Shown here one piece after another: positions 31,474 to 40,210 of a stretch of 54,061 nucleotides of DNA. This DNA comes from an uncultured Anaerolineae bacterium (GTDB taxonomy: Bacteria > Chloroflexota > Anaerolineae > Fen-1058): assembly GCA_964354595.1 (NCBI GenBank), contig CAYHAR010000001.1, positions 1-54,061 of the forward strand, read 5' to 3'. The translations under genes were made by a program, and so were the position numbers. The notes beneath the pieces were generated by a model. It searched no databases. It was not told the origin of the DNA and worked only from the letters and a program-made list of their open reading frames with translations. Positions within the stretch are counted from its first letter, which is position 1. Each line of letters starts with the position of its first letter.

Positions 31474-32226
31474 CTCCATACCAAGCGATTTATCGGTTCT
31501 TGCGCGGTTGGGTTGTGCTGGACACCTTCTGTTTGATTCCCTACTTGCTGGGTTGGCAGAGCAGTTCTTTGGATTGAGTGTGGTTCTCTAGTCCGCACCG
31601 TCTCTTTTGCTGCTGCCATATGAGTTGAAGCGCAAGCGCATTACGATCACACTTGTCCAGAAGTATCAAAAGCAGGTAGCGGCTCACAAGTCACCTGGCA
31701 TATTGTCATATGGGTGCATCTCTGAAACTGTGCGCACGGATGTTCGGGTCTATACGGCTGACGGGAGTGCGGCGTAATCGGTATGTTCAAGTATTCGGAT
31801 AGCAGGATCGCCAGCGAGCAACGCCGGTTGCACGGTCACGGACGGGGTGGCGTTCGACTGACGCGCGACGACTGTCTTGCAGAAATCGGCGTGGAGCAAT
31901 TCCCAGGCCGGTTGCCAGGGCGATGCCGTTGGCATGTACCTGTAAGGGTTTCCTACCGTGCCAGATAACACTCTGCTCTACTTGCGGCCCTTTTCGTTTG
32001 CGGCTTCATCGCAGGCGAAGTAAAAGAGTGTCCCACGGCGCTTGCACACCTCGGACACTGCGAACGGGGTGCGGGTGCGTGGCGACCTCAGTCTATCACA
32101 ACCGGCCGCTCGCCTCGACAGCGCAAGGGCTCTTTCTTTGTAACGATCACTGATTCAATAGGGGATGACCAGTATTTCGTCCGGTCAACTGCTCCTTCCC
32201 GACACTGGCCATCATAGCAAATTCCA

Positions 32227-35200
32227 ATGGCCGACCTATCTACTCTCAAACCCGGCACCCGCGTCTTTGACCGGCATCGCAATCGCGAGCGGCTCATCCA
32301 CGCCGTCGAGCCTCTGGGCCGCGTGGTCAAAATCTGGTTCAAGGACTCGCACACCGGCGCACTTGAGCCGATGACATTTCCGGTCTCTGAAGTCGAGCGG
32401 CGATTTGAGAACATGGAATCGGGGGCATCCGCTTTCAGGGCCGACAGCGAAACGGTGCGCCTGTTGGCCGAAAGCTACCGGCTGCAACACGCCTACCTCT
32501 TCAATCCCGTCTTTGCCACCGAGACCTCGCTCATTGACGCCCTGCCCCACCAGTTGATCGCGGTCTACGATCACTTGCTCAAACAGCCACGCTTGCGATT
32601 CCTACTGGCTGACGATGCTGGCGCAGGCAAGACCATCATGGCCGGCCTCTACATTCGCGAAATGCTCTTGCGCCGCCTGATCAATCGCGTGCTGATCGTT
32701 CCCCCGGCGGGTCTGGTGGGCAACTGGGAAAAAGAGCTACGCAACTTGTTCCGGTTGCGCTTTCATATTCTCGAAAGCGCGGACGCTCAACGCGACAATC
32801 CATTCCTCGATCCGCGCAACGACCTGGCAATCGTGAGCGTGGACACACTCTGGCGTGACCGGATGCGCCAGCACTTGTTCGATGCTCCGCCCTATGACCT
32901 CGTCATCTTTGACGAGGCGCACAAGCTCTCGGCTCGCCGCAACGCGGATGGGACGGTGGACAAGTCCAACCGCTACTCGCTGGCCGAAGAAATCGCCGCG
33001 CAAAAGAATCATCTGCTGCTGCTCACCGCCACGCCGCACATGGGCAAAGATGAGCCCTACTATTTCCTCTGGCGATTGCTTGAGCCTGAACTGCTGGCGG
33101 CCCAAGAGGCTTTTGACCGCATGAGCGCCAAACGCAGACGTGCTCACCTGCTGCGGCGGATGAAGGAACAAATGATCCACTTTGATGGCGGCAAGATTTT
33201 CCCGCCGCGCGAGAGCAAGACCATCGAATACCCGCTCGTCCAGGGCGTGGGACAAGAGCAAGACCTGTACGATCAGGTCACGCAATACTGCGAGACGCAC
33301 TATGACCGCGCACGACGTCGTAACCAGTCGGCGGCCAAGCTGGCGATGGGCGTCTTGCAGCGGCGACTGGCTAGTTCCACCTGGGCGCTGCTCAAATCGC
33401 TGGAACGGCGCGAAGCCAAGCTGACTGAGGATGTGCGCCAGATGGAAGCTGGGCTTGTGGCCGCCGAAGAATTCCAGCGCAAGCAAAGCACACTTCCCAC
33501 CGTGGATTTGCGCGAGGCCAAGACCGGCGACGAAGAAGAAACCGAAGACGAGCAGGAAGAGTCCGAGCGCTTTGACGACGACCTGGCCGGCGCGACCGAA
33601 GCGCGCACGATTGACGAGTTGCGCGTCGAACTGGAAGAGGTCAAGCGACTCGTCGTGCTGGCTCGCTGTGTGTACGATCTCAAGCACGAAAGCAAGTTTG
33701 ACAAACTGTGGCAAGCGCTGCAAGACTATGCCGAGACCAAAGTCTTGATCTTTACCGAGCACCGCGACACAGCCGATTTCCTGGTGGGCCGATTGGAAGG
33801 GCTGGGGCTGACCGGCAGGCTCGCCCGAATTGACGGCACGCTGGATTACAAGCGGCGCGAAGTCGAGGTCGAGAAATTTCGCGAGCCACGCGGCGCGCGT
33901 TACCTTGTCGCCACCGATGCGGCGGGCGAAGGCATCAACTTGCAGTTTTGCTGGCTGCTGGTCAATTATGACATCCCGTGGAACCCGGCGCGCATCGAGC
34001 AGCGCATGGGCCGCGTCCATCGTTACAAGCAAAAGCACGCCGTCCTGTTGCTCAATCTGGTGGCCTCGGGCACGCGCGAAGGACGTGTGCTCAAGGTCTT
34101 GCTCGAAAAGCTGGAACGCATCCGCAAGGAATTGGGCAACGATAGCGTCTTTGATGTGATCGGCCAGCAGTTCAAGGGTAAATCGCTGTCCGAACTCATT
34201 TTCGAAGCGACCGTCGGAGGCCGCGACAGAGAAGTGGCGCAAGAGATTGATCAAGGCGTGACGGCCGACAAGGTCAAGGCTCAACTGGCCGAGCAAGCGC
34301 GCAAGGTTGAAGTGGCAGAAGTGCGCAGCCTGCTCGAGGCGCTCAAGCAGCAACAAGAATCCGCCGAGATGAAGCGCATGATGCCAGCCTATGTGCGCGG
34401 ATTCTTTCACGACGCCGCGCCGCTCGTGGGCGTCACGACCGAGGGCGACGTGGCCGGCATGTTCCGCGTGACCGACTGCCCTGACACGGTTCAACGCGCG
34501 ATAGACACCTACCCCGAACAAATCCGAGACGCGCTGACGTTCGACCGCGTGCTCGCCATGCCGGAAGACGCGCTTCAGCCGCAGGCTATTTATCTGCATC
34601 CTGGCGAGACCACGTTTGATGCCGTGGCGACCTTGTTCCAGGGCCACCATGATCACGCGGGCGAACGCGGCGGGGTGTTCTTTGACGAAAGCGCTGATGC
34701 GCCTTACCTGTTTTACCTGGCCAAGGTGCCCATCATTCGCGAGCCAGGCACGAACGGCGAAGCGCCTCGAATCCTCGACGAAGCGATGCTGGGGATCCGG
34801 CGCGATGCGGATGGGCGTTGTGAAGCGCTCCCTGCGCACTGGCTGATGACGCTCCTCGCCGCCGGCGAGGGCGATAACCTTGCAAAGGTTCCGGAACCTT
34901 TGCAAGGTTGGGACGATCTCGCTCCCGTTGAGGCGTTCCTGTACGAGACTGAAGGCACGCCGAGGCTGGAGCGACTGCGCGCTGAAGCGTTAGAACGCTT
35001 GCCGGAGCGACAAAAACAACTGCGCGAAGGTTACAACTTGCGCGAGGCCGAACTGCTCGAACAGCGCCAGGTGCTCAAGGATGCCGTTGCCAAAAACATT
35101 CCGGCGGCCAAGACCAAGCTGGCCGAATGCGAGCATGAACTCGACGCGCTCGACGCCAGACGCGCCGAAACCGAATCAGCCTATATTTCCGAGATTGACC

Positions 35201-35676
35201 GGATGGGCCTGGGGCCGGTGACGATTTACGTTCGCGCGCTCGTGTTGCCCATCCCGCCCGATTCCCCTGACGGGGATCTGCGACAAGCTCAACGCCGCCG
35301 TGACGACAAGGTCGAGGCGATTGCGATGAAGGTGGCCCGCGATCATGAAGTAGGATGCGGCGCGACGGTGGAAGACGTGAGCGACCCGCAGCGCAAGATG
35401 GGCTTTGACCTGCGCTCGGTTCGGCCTGATGGCTCGGTGCGCTTTATCGAGGTCAAAGGCCGCGCCCGTGTGGGCGATCTGGATCTGACGCCGAACGAGT
35501 GGGCACAGGCCAACAATCACCGAGAAAAGTACTGGCTGTACGTCGTGTTCAACTGCGAGACAAAGCCAGATCTCAGGCGCTATGCTGACCCAGCGGGCAA
35601 GGGCATCGGGCGGCCTAAGGGCGGCGTGACGATTGACGCCGACGACTTGCTCGACCTGCCCGGCGAATGTGATTGA
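32227..35676 (+). CDS. SNF2-family SF2 helicase with C-terminal DUF3883 (restriction-endonuclease-like) domain
   Basis: Motif I DDAGAGKT, motif II FDEAH, motif III LTATPHMG, motif V ATDAAGEGINLQ, motif VI WNPARIEQRMGRVHRYKQ. Acidic stretch EETEDEQEESERFDDD. C-terminus GFDLRSV...FIEVKGR...EKYWLYVVFNC. Confidence 0.85.
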   Translation: MADLSTLKPGTRVFDRHRNRERLIHAVEPLGRVVKIWFKDSHTGALEPMTFPVSEVERRFENMESGASAFRADSETVRLLAESYRLQHAYLFNPVFATETSLIDALPHQLIAVYDHLLKQPRLRFLLADDAGAGKTIMAGLYIREMLLRRLINRVLIVPPAGLVGNWEKELRNLFRLRFHILESADAQRDNPFLDPRNDLAIVSVDTLWRDRMRQHLFDAPPYDLVIFDEAHKLSARRNADGTVDKSNRYSLAEEIAAQKNHLLLLTATPHMGKDEPYYFLWRLLEPELLAAQEAFDRMSAKRRRAHLLRRMKEQMIHFDGGKIFPPRESKTIEYPLVQGVGQEQDLYDQVTQYCETHYDRARRRNQSAAKLAMGVLQRRLASSTWALLKSLERREAKLTEDVRQMEAGLVAAEEFQRKQSTLPTVDLREAKTGDEEETEDEQEESERFDDDLAGATEARTIDELRVELEEVKRLVVLARCVYDLKHESKFDKLWQALQDYAETKVLIFTEHRDTADFLVGRLEGLGLTGRLARIDGTLDYKRREVEVEKFREPRGARYLVATDAAGEGINLQFCWLLVNYDIPWNPARIEQRMGRVHRYKQKHAVLLLNLVASGTREGRVLKVLLEKLERIRKELGNDSVFDVIGQQFKGKSLSELIFEATVGGRDREVAQEIDQGVTADKVKAQLAEQARKVEVAEVRSLLEALKQQQESAEMKRMMPAYVRGFFHDAAPLVGVTTEGDVAGMFRVTDCPDTVQRAIDTYPEQIRDALTFDRVLAMPEDALQPQAIYLHPGETTFDAVATLFQGHHDHAGERGGVFFDESADAPYLFYLAKVPIIREPGTNGEAPRILDEAMLGIRRDADGRCEALPAHWLMTLLAAGEGDNLAKVPEPLQGWDDLAPVEAFLYETEGTPRLERLRAEALERLPERQKQLREGYNLREAELLEQRQVLKDAVAKNIPAAKTKLAECEHELDALDARRAETESAYISEIDRMGLGPVTIYVRALVLPIPPDSPDGDLRQAQRRRDDKVEAIAMKVARDHEVGCGATVEDVSDPQRKMGFDLRSVRPDGSVRFIEVKGRARVGDLDLTPNEWAQANNHREKYWLYVVFNCETKPDLRRYADPAGKGIGRPKGGVTIDADDLLDLPGECD

Positions 35677-35701
35677 CACGGTACACCAAAAGAAGTAAAA
35701 T
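35673..35701 (+). promoter_or_regulatory. near-consensus promoter for the Phd/VapC pair, overlapping the helicase stop codon
   Basis: TTGACA (35673..35678), a 17-nt spacer, then TAAAAT (35696..35701). It lies 35 nt upstream of the antitoxin ATG. Confidence 0.5.
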
Positions 35702-35735
35702 GTAGTCACATAAATAACTACTTGTGGGGTGAACC

Positions 35736-35999
35736 ATGCGCGAGATTGGTGTGCGGGAGCTAAAGGTAAAAGCCTCGGAAATCGTGCGCAGCGTGCGCAA
35801 GCGACGCGCCCGCTATATCATCACATATCGCGGGCGGCCCGTGGGCCTGCTATCACCGCTCGATGCCCAGGAGCCGAGCCGCGCGGATTCCAGCGAGTCT
35901 CCAGCCTGGGATGAGTTGACGCGGCTGGGCAAAGAAATCGGACGCGGCTGGCCGGCGGGTGTGAGCAGCGCCGACGTTCTTTCGGAGATGCGACGCTGA
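35736..35999 (+). CDS. type II antitoxin, Phd/YefM family
   Basis: MREIGVRELKVKASEIVRSV...YIITYRGRPVGLLSP. 87 aa. Stop overlaps the toxin start (TGATG). Confidence 0.8.
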   Translation: MREIGVRELKVKASEIVRSVRKRRARYIITYRGRPVGLLSPLDAQEPSRADSSESPAWDELTRLGKEIGRGWPAGVSSADVLSEMRR

Positions 36000-36436
36000 T
36001 GGCCCGACCCTTTACCGTTGACGCGAGCGTGTTTCTCAACGCTTTCAATCCGTCCGAGGCAGGTCATGCGGAAAGCCAGCGCGTGTTGGCCTGGCTGCGG
36101 GAACAGGCCACGCCCATCATCGTGCCGACGCTGGTGCTGCCCGAAGTGGCCGCCACCATCAGCCGCGTGCGGGGCGATGCGGCGCTGGCTCGCGATTTTG
36201 CGAGCGCCTTGAGCCGATTGCCCAATCTAGTGCTCGTCAATCTCGACACGACGTTGGCCCAGCAAGCCGCCGATGCCGCCGCGCAATACAGGCTGCGCGG
36301 CAGCGATGCCGTATACGCCGCCGTCGCATTGCGTTTTGGCACGGTGCTGATGACGCTCGACCGCGAACAGCGGGAACGGTTGGATCAAGTTTTGACCTGC
36401 CGTTATCCGACTCAAGTTTTGGCCGAAATCAAGTGA
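35999..36436 (+). CDS. vapC: type II toxin VapC (PIN-domain ribonuclease)
   Basis: PIN acidic residues are in context: FTVDASVF, LPEVAAT, GSDAVYAAVA, LMTLDRE. Confidence 0.8.
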   Translation: MARPFTVDASVFLNAFNPSEAGHAESQRVLAWLREQATPIIVPTLVLPEVAATISRVRGDAALARDFASALSRLPNLVLVNLDTTLAQQAADAAAQYRLRGSDAVYAAVALRFGTVLMTLDREQRERLDQVLTCRYPTQVLAEIK

Positions 36437-36444
36437 AGAATATT

Positions 36445-36719
36445 ATGGCAGCCGTTATGGTTGGACATATTGAGGTGACGCCCGATGTGTGCGGCGGTAA
36501 ACCGCACATTTCCGGTCATCGCATCGCGGTGCAGGATATTGCCATCTGGCACGAGCGGCTGGGCCTCGACCCCGACGAAATCGCGACTGAGCATTGTCTT
36601 ATTACCACGACCATCGTGCAGAAATAGATGCGTCTATCTGCGCCGACGAAGCGTTCATGGCCGAGTTGCGCCGCCATACGCCATCCAAAGTGATAAAGTT
36701 CCGTGCCCGAGCAAATTAG
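36445..36719 (+). pseudogene. DUF433-family gene remnant with internal deletion/frameshift
   Basis: Frame 1 reads IEVTPDVCGGKPHISGHRIAVQDIAIWHERLGLDPDEIATEH and then hits a premature stop (36625..36627). The typical DUF433 C-terminus ALSYYHDHRAEIDASI... continues in frame 0 from 36591 to the TAG at 36717..36719. Confidence 0.5.
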
Positions 36720-36746
36720 ATTCTACATGTTCGTATGAATTAGCCT

Positions 36747-36809
36747 GGACACAGATGAACACAGATTCCACAGATGTGTTATCTGTGTTCATCTGTGAAA
36801 TCTGTGTCC
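36747..36809. repeat. CACAGAT/ATCTGTG palindromic element, copy 1
   Basis: GGACACAGATGAACACAGATTCCACAGAT-gtgtt-ATCTGTGTTCATCTGTGAAATCTGTGTCC. Ends 15 nt upstream of the methyltransferase ATG. Confidence 0.85.
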
Positions 36810-36824
36810 TGAAAACCTGACTCT

Positions 36825-39686
36825 ATGACAAGACGCCTGATCGAAGAAGCCTTTCCGCTCAAAAAAGTCTCTGAAGACTCCAAGCACGAAAAGAACGTCC
36901 GGCACGGCCACATCAGCACGCTGCACATCTGGCCGGCCCGCCGGCCGCTGGCCGCTTGCCGCGCCGCCATCATCGCCGCGCTGATGCCCGACCCTGGCGA
37001 CGACAAAGCGCGCGAAGACCTCTGCCGCCGCATCGGCAACATTACCCGCTGGAAATCCGAAAACGGCCCTGACCTTCAATTCTTTCGCGACGAAATCCGT
37101 AAAGCGTTCGGCGGACGCGCGCCCAAAGTGCTCGACATGTTCGCAGGCGGCGGCGCGATCCCGCTGGAGGCGATGCGCCTGGGTTGTGACGTGACCGCGA
37201 TTGATTACAACCCCGTGGCGTGGTTCATCCTCAAATGCACGTTGGAATTTCCGCAGAAACTCGCTGGCAAGACCTGGCCCTTGCCGGTTAGTGGGACACA
37301 GATGAACACAGATGACACAGATAAAGAAAAGGAAAATCTGTGTTCACACCTGCACTTGCGTGCGGTGCAAGTGTCTGCGCAATCTGTGTCCAATCCAAAG
37401 GCCGTGCAGGCTGCGATGGATTTGGGCGCGCAAGAGGGCGACCTGGCCGCGCACGTGCGCTACTGGGGCAACTGGGTGTTGGAACGCGCGCGCGAGGAGC
37501 TTGCGCCGTATTACCCCACGATTGACGGCAAGCCAACCGTGGCTTATCTCTGGGCGCGAACTGTGCCCTGCCAAGACCCCAAGTGCAGCGCGACCGTGCC
37601 GCTGTTGAAAACTCTGTGGCTGTGCAAGAAGAACAACAAGCGGCGGGCGCTCCGACTCAAGCCAAATGTTGAATCGCGACGAGTAGAGTTCGAGATTTGG
37701 GAACCCGACGATGACGATGCTGTTGATCAAGGGACAATGAGCCGCGCAGGAGTTCAATGTCCGTGTTGTGGTGCTATTTTGCGGATGGATTACATACGGG
37801 CATGTGGTGAACAGAACAAAATTGGAATGCAGATGACCGCTGTGGTAGTAGGCGGAGAAGATGGTAAAGAATACAGGCGACCTACAACAAATGACTTTGA
37901 TGCATTTAAAAAGACGCAAGGTGCACTAGCACGGCAGCCAGCAAACCTCGTAGTAAACGAAGCCTTCAACCCAAGCAACACTCGCTCGATATCAATTCAG
38001 TTGTACGGATTTCACCGCTTTGCTGATTTCTTCAACAACCGCCAACTCTTGGCTATGACCGCTTTCGCTGGGCAGGTGGAGCGGGCGAAATTGGAGATGA
38101 ATGTTCTCGCCTATCCACCCCATTGGATTGACGCGATAACTGCATACTTGTCTCTCGCAGTTGACAAATTGGCGGACTACAATAGCTCACTGGCACGCTG
38201 GCTCAATGGCCTTGAAGCTATTGCAGGCACATTCGGAAGATTCGCTTTGTCGATTATGTGGGACTATGCAGAGGCGTGTCCGATATCCGACTCAACTGGT
38301 AGCTACATGAATGCAGTTCAGTGGGTAGCCAACTACGTTGACCATGCTTTGATTGCAGCACATGATTCTCCTCATCCAAGTGTAGACCAACATCCTGCGC
38401 AGACTCTACATGCACCTGTGAGCTACGATCTTATCGTAACTGACCCACCATACTATGACGCGATCTCCTATGCTGACATTTCGGATTTTTTCTATGTTTG
38501 GCTCAAGAGAACTGCAGGAATCTCGTATCCCGAACCTTTTGCTGGAGAGCTTACTCCCAAGAACGAGGAGTTGGTTCAGAACGCAACCAAGCATGGCAGT
38601 GAATTATTAGCGAAGCGAGCCTATGAAAGTGGCATGGCAGAAGCTTTCGGGGCAGCATTTGGCAATCTCAAGGAGAATGGCCGACTGGTCATTGTATTCG
38701 CACACAAGGATCCATTTGCGTGGGAGACCCTTGCGGAAGCAATGATCGCGGCAGGTTTTGTCGTTGTTGCCTCGTGGCCAATCAGCACAGAAAGAGTCGT
38801 ACGTTCAAGAGCATTGGCAGTAGCTTCTTTGGCTTCATCGATTTGGCTTGTCTGTCGCAAGCGCCTCGCTGATGCTGGCATTGGCCGCTATGTGGAAGTC
38901 AAGCGCAAAATGCAAGAGCGCATCACCGAGCGGCTGCGCTACTTTTGGGATCAGGGTATCTCTGGCCCGGACTTTATGTGGGCCGCCGTCGGCCCGGCGC
39001 TGGAAAGCTATTCCACTTACCGCGAAGTGCGGCGCATGGACGGCTCGCCGTTCACCGTGGGCGAATTCCTGCGTGAAGTGCGGCGGCTCGTCGCCGACTT
39101 TGCGCTCAGCCGCATCCTGCATGGGTCCAGCACGGAAGGGCTGGACGAGTGGACACGGTATTATCTGATACACCGCTCCAGCTTTAGCCTGGTTGCCGCG
39201 CCCGTGGGCGAGTGCATCCTGCTCGCGCAAGGCTACGGCCTCGACCTCAATGAGATCAAGGGGTCGCGCGGCATCCTCGTCAAAGGCAAAGCGAAAAAGG
39301 CTGTGGACGAGGACGAAGACGCCGACTCTCCTTTCCCGTCAGAAACGGGGGAGGAGGCAAGAGGTGGGGGCGGCAGTGACATTCGCCTGCTTTCCTTCGA
39401 CGAGCGCAAGCGCGACGACCTGGGCGAGCCGCATCCGTCCGGCGGTCTCCCATTGATAGACATGCTGCACCGGCTCATGCGGCTGTGGCAGGCGGGCGAT
39501 ACCGAAAAGTTGACTGCCTATGTCCAGCAGCACGGCCTCAGCCAGAATGACTTGTTCTGGGCTGTGGCGCAGGCCATCCTCGAAATGGCCGACCCCAAGA
39601 CCAAAGAGCGCGCGCTACTTGAGGCGCTCGTGGCGTGGGGGCGAGGCAAGCCCGCGCAGGCGGCCGATCAACCTGCACTCATTTGA
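36825..39686 (+). CDS. DUF1156-type DNA methyltransferase (DPPY; N6-adenine or N4-cytosine class)
   Basis: N-terminus LIEEAFPLKKVSEDSKHEK...HIWPARRP, SAM motif DMFAGGGAIP (37134..37163), Cys ribbon CQDPKC...CPCC, catalytic DPPY (38442..38453). Hosts an in-frame repeat insertion at 37294..37391. Confidence 0.85.
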   Translation: MTRRLIEEAFPLKKVSEDSKHEKNVRHGHISTLHIWPARRPLAACRAAIIAALMPDPGDDKAREDLCRRIGNITRWKSENGPDLQFFRDEIRKAFGGRAPKVLDMFAGGGAIPLEAMRLGCDVTAIDYNPVAWFILKCTLEFPQKLAGKTWPLPVSGTQMNTDDTDKEKENLCSHLHLRAVQVSAQSVSNPKAVQAAMDLGAQEGDLAAHVRYWGNWVLERAREELAPYYPTIDGKPTVAYLWARTVPCQDPKCSATVPLLKTLWLCKKNNKRRALRLKPNVESRRVEFEIWEPDDDDAVDQGTMSRAGVQCPCCGAILRMDYIRACGEQNKIGMQMTAVVVGGEDGKEYRRPTTNDFDAFKKTQGALARQPANLVVNEAFNPSNTRSISIQLYGFHRFADFFNNRQLLAMTAFAGQVERAKLEMNVLAYPPHWIDAITAYLSLAVDKLADYNSSLARWLNGLEAIAGTFGRFALSIMWDYAEACPISDSTGSYMNAVQWVANYVDHALIAAHDSPHPSVDQHPAQTLHAPVSYDLIVTDPPYYDAISYADISDFFYVWLKRTAGISYPEPFAGELTPKNEELVQNATKHGSELLAKRAYESGMAEAFGAAFGNLKENGRLVIVFAHKDPFAWETLAEAMIAAGFVVVASWPISTERVVRSRALAVASLASSIWLVCRKRLADAGIGRYVEVKRKMQERITERLRYFWDQGISGPDFMWAAVGPALESYSTYREVRRMDGSPFTVGEFLREVRRLVADFALSRILHGSSTEGLDEWTRYYLIHRSSFSLVAAPVGECILLAQGYGLDLNEIKGSRGILVKGKAKKAVDEDEDADSPFPSETGEEARGGGGSDIRLLSFDERKRDDLGEPHPSGGLPLIDMLHRLMRLWQAGDTEKLTAYVQQHGLSQNDLFWAVAQAILEMADPKTKERALLEALVAWGRGKPAQAADQPALI
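37294..37391. repeat. CACAGAT/ATCTGTG palindromic element, copy 2 (inside the methyltransferase CDS, read in-frame)
   Basis: GGACACAGATGAACACAGATGACACAGAT-aaagaaaaggaaa-ATCTGTGTTCA-[36-nt nested palindrome]-ATCTGTGTCC. Translated as GTQMNTDDTDKEKENLCSHLHLRAVQVSAQSVS. Confidence 0.85.
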
Positions 39687-39689
39687 TTA

Positions 39690-39769
39690 GGACACAGATG
39701 AACGCAGATAAACACAGATAAAAATCAAAAAAAAAGAAAAATCTGTGAAATCTGTGTGCATCTGTGTCC
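39690..39769. repeat. CACAGAT/ATCTGTG palindromic element, copy 3
   Basis: Starts 4 nt after the methyltransferase stop. Three CACAGAT-type units, an A-rich loop (aaaaatcaaaaaaaaagaaaa), then three ATCTGTG units. Confidence 0.85.
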
Positions 39770-39787
39770 AAAATAGAGGAGGCGATC

Positions 39788-40210
39788 ATGGCGGAGGGCA
39801 AGCACGCCGACCTGACGGAAAAGATCATTGGCGCCTTCTACAGAGTCTATAACACGTTGGGCTATGGCTTTTCCGAAAAGGCCTATGAAAATGCGCTGGC
39901 GATAGAGCTGCGTAAGCTCGGCCTCAAGGTCGAGCAACAGGCCCGCATCGTCGTCTATTACGAGGGCGAGGTGGTGGGCGAGTATCAGGCCGATCTCGTC
40001 GTCAACGACGTCGTCATCGTCGAGCTCAAAGCCGTCCGCCAACTGGCCGACGAGCACGAAGCGCAACTGCTCAACTATCTCAAAGCCACACCGATTGAGG
40101 TTGGCTTGCTGCTCAACTTTGGCCCCAAAGCCGAAATCAAACGCAAGGTCTATGACAACGAGCGCAAAGGTTCCTTGGCTTGGACAAAGGACACAGATAA
40201 ACACGGATGA
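39788..40210 (+). CDS. GxxExxY-family protein (PD-(D/E)xK-like)
   Basis: ATG at 39788 follows AGGAGG. Contains LTEKIIGAFYRVYNTLGYGFSEKAYENALAIEL...VVIVELKAV...HEAQLLNYLKAT...GLLLNFG. The last ~8 codons and the stop lie within repeat copy 4. Confidence 0.75.
   Translation: MAEGKHADLTEKIIGAFYRVYNTLGYGFSEKAYENALAIELRKLGLKVEQQARIVVYYEGEVVGEYQADLVVNDVVIVELKAVRQLADEHEAQLLNYLKATPIEVGLLLNFGPKAEIKRKVYDNERKGSLAWTKDTDKHG

Noticed and set aside
31225-32226. A tRNA, tmRNA or integrase gene marking the left island border.
   Set aside because: I found no cloverleaf-compatible sequence or GGTTCGAATCC-type T-arm, and no tmRNA tag ORF. I also found no ORF with recombinase-like sequence. The only ORFs are short (61-108 aa), overlapping and without motifs.
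36485-36820. The 111-aa plus-strand ORF across the DUF433 3' region and repeat copy 1, and the 188-aa minus-strand ORF 39725..40291.
   Set aside because: Both are translations running through the palindromic repeats (…TQMNTD…SVFICE…) and antisense to or out of frame with better-supported genes. They have no independent coding signal.
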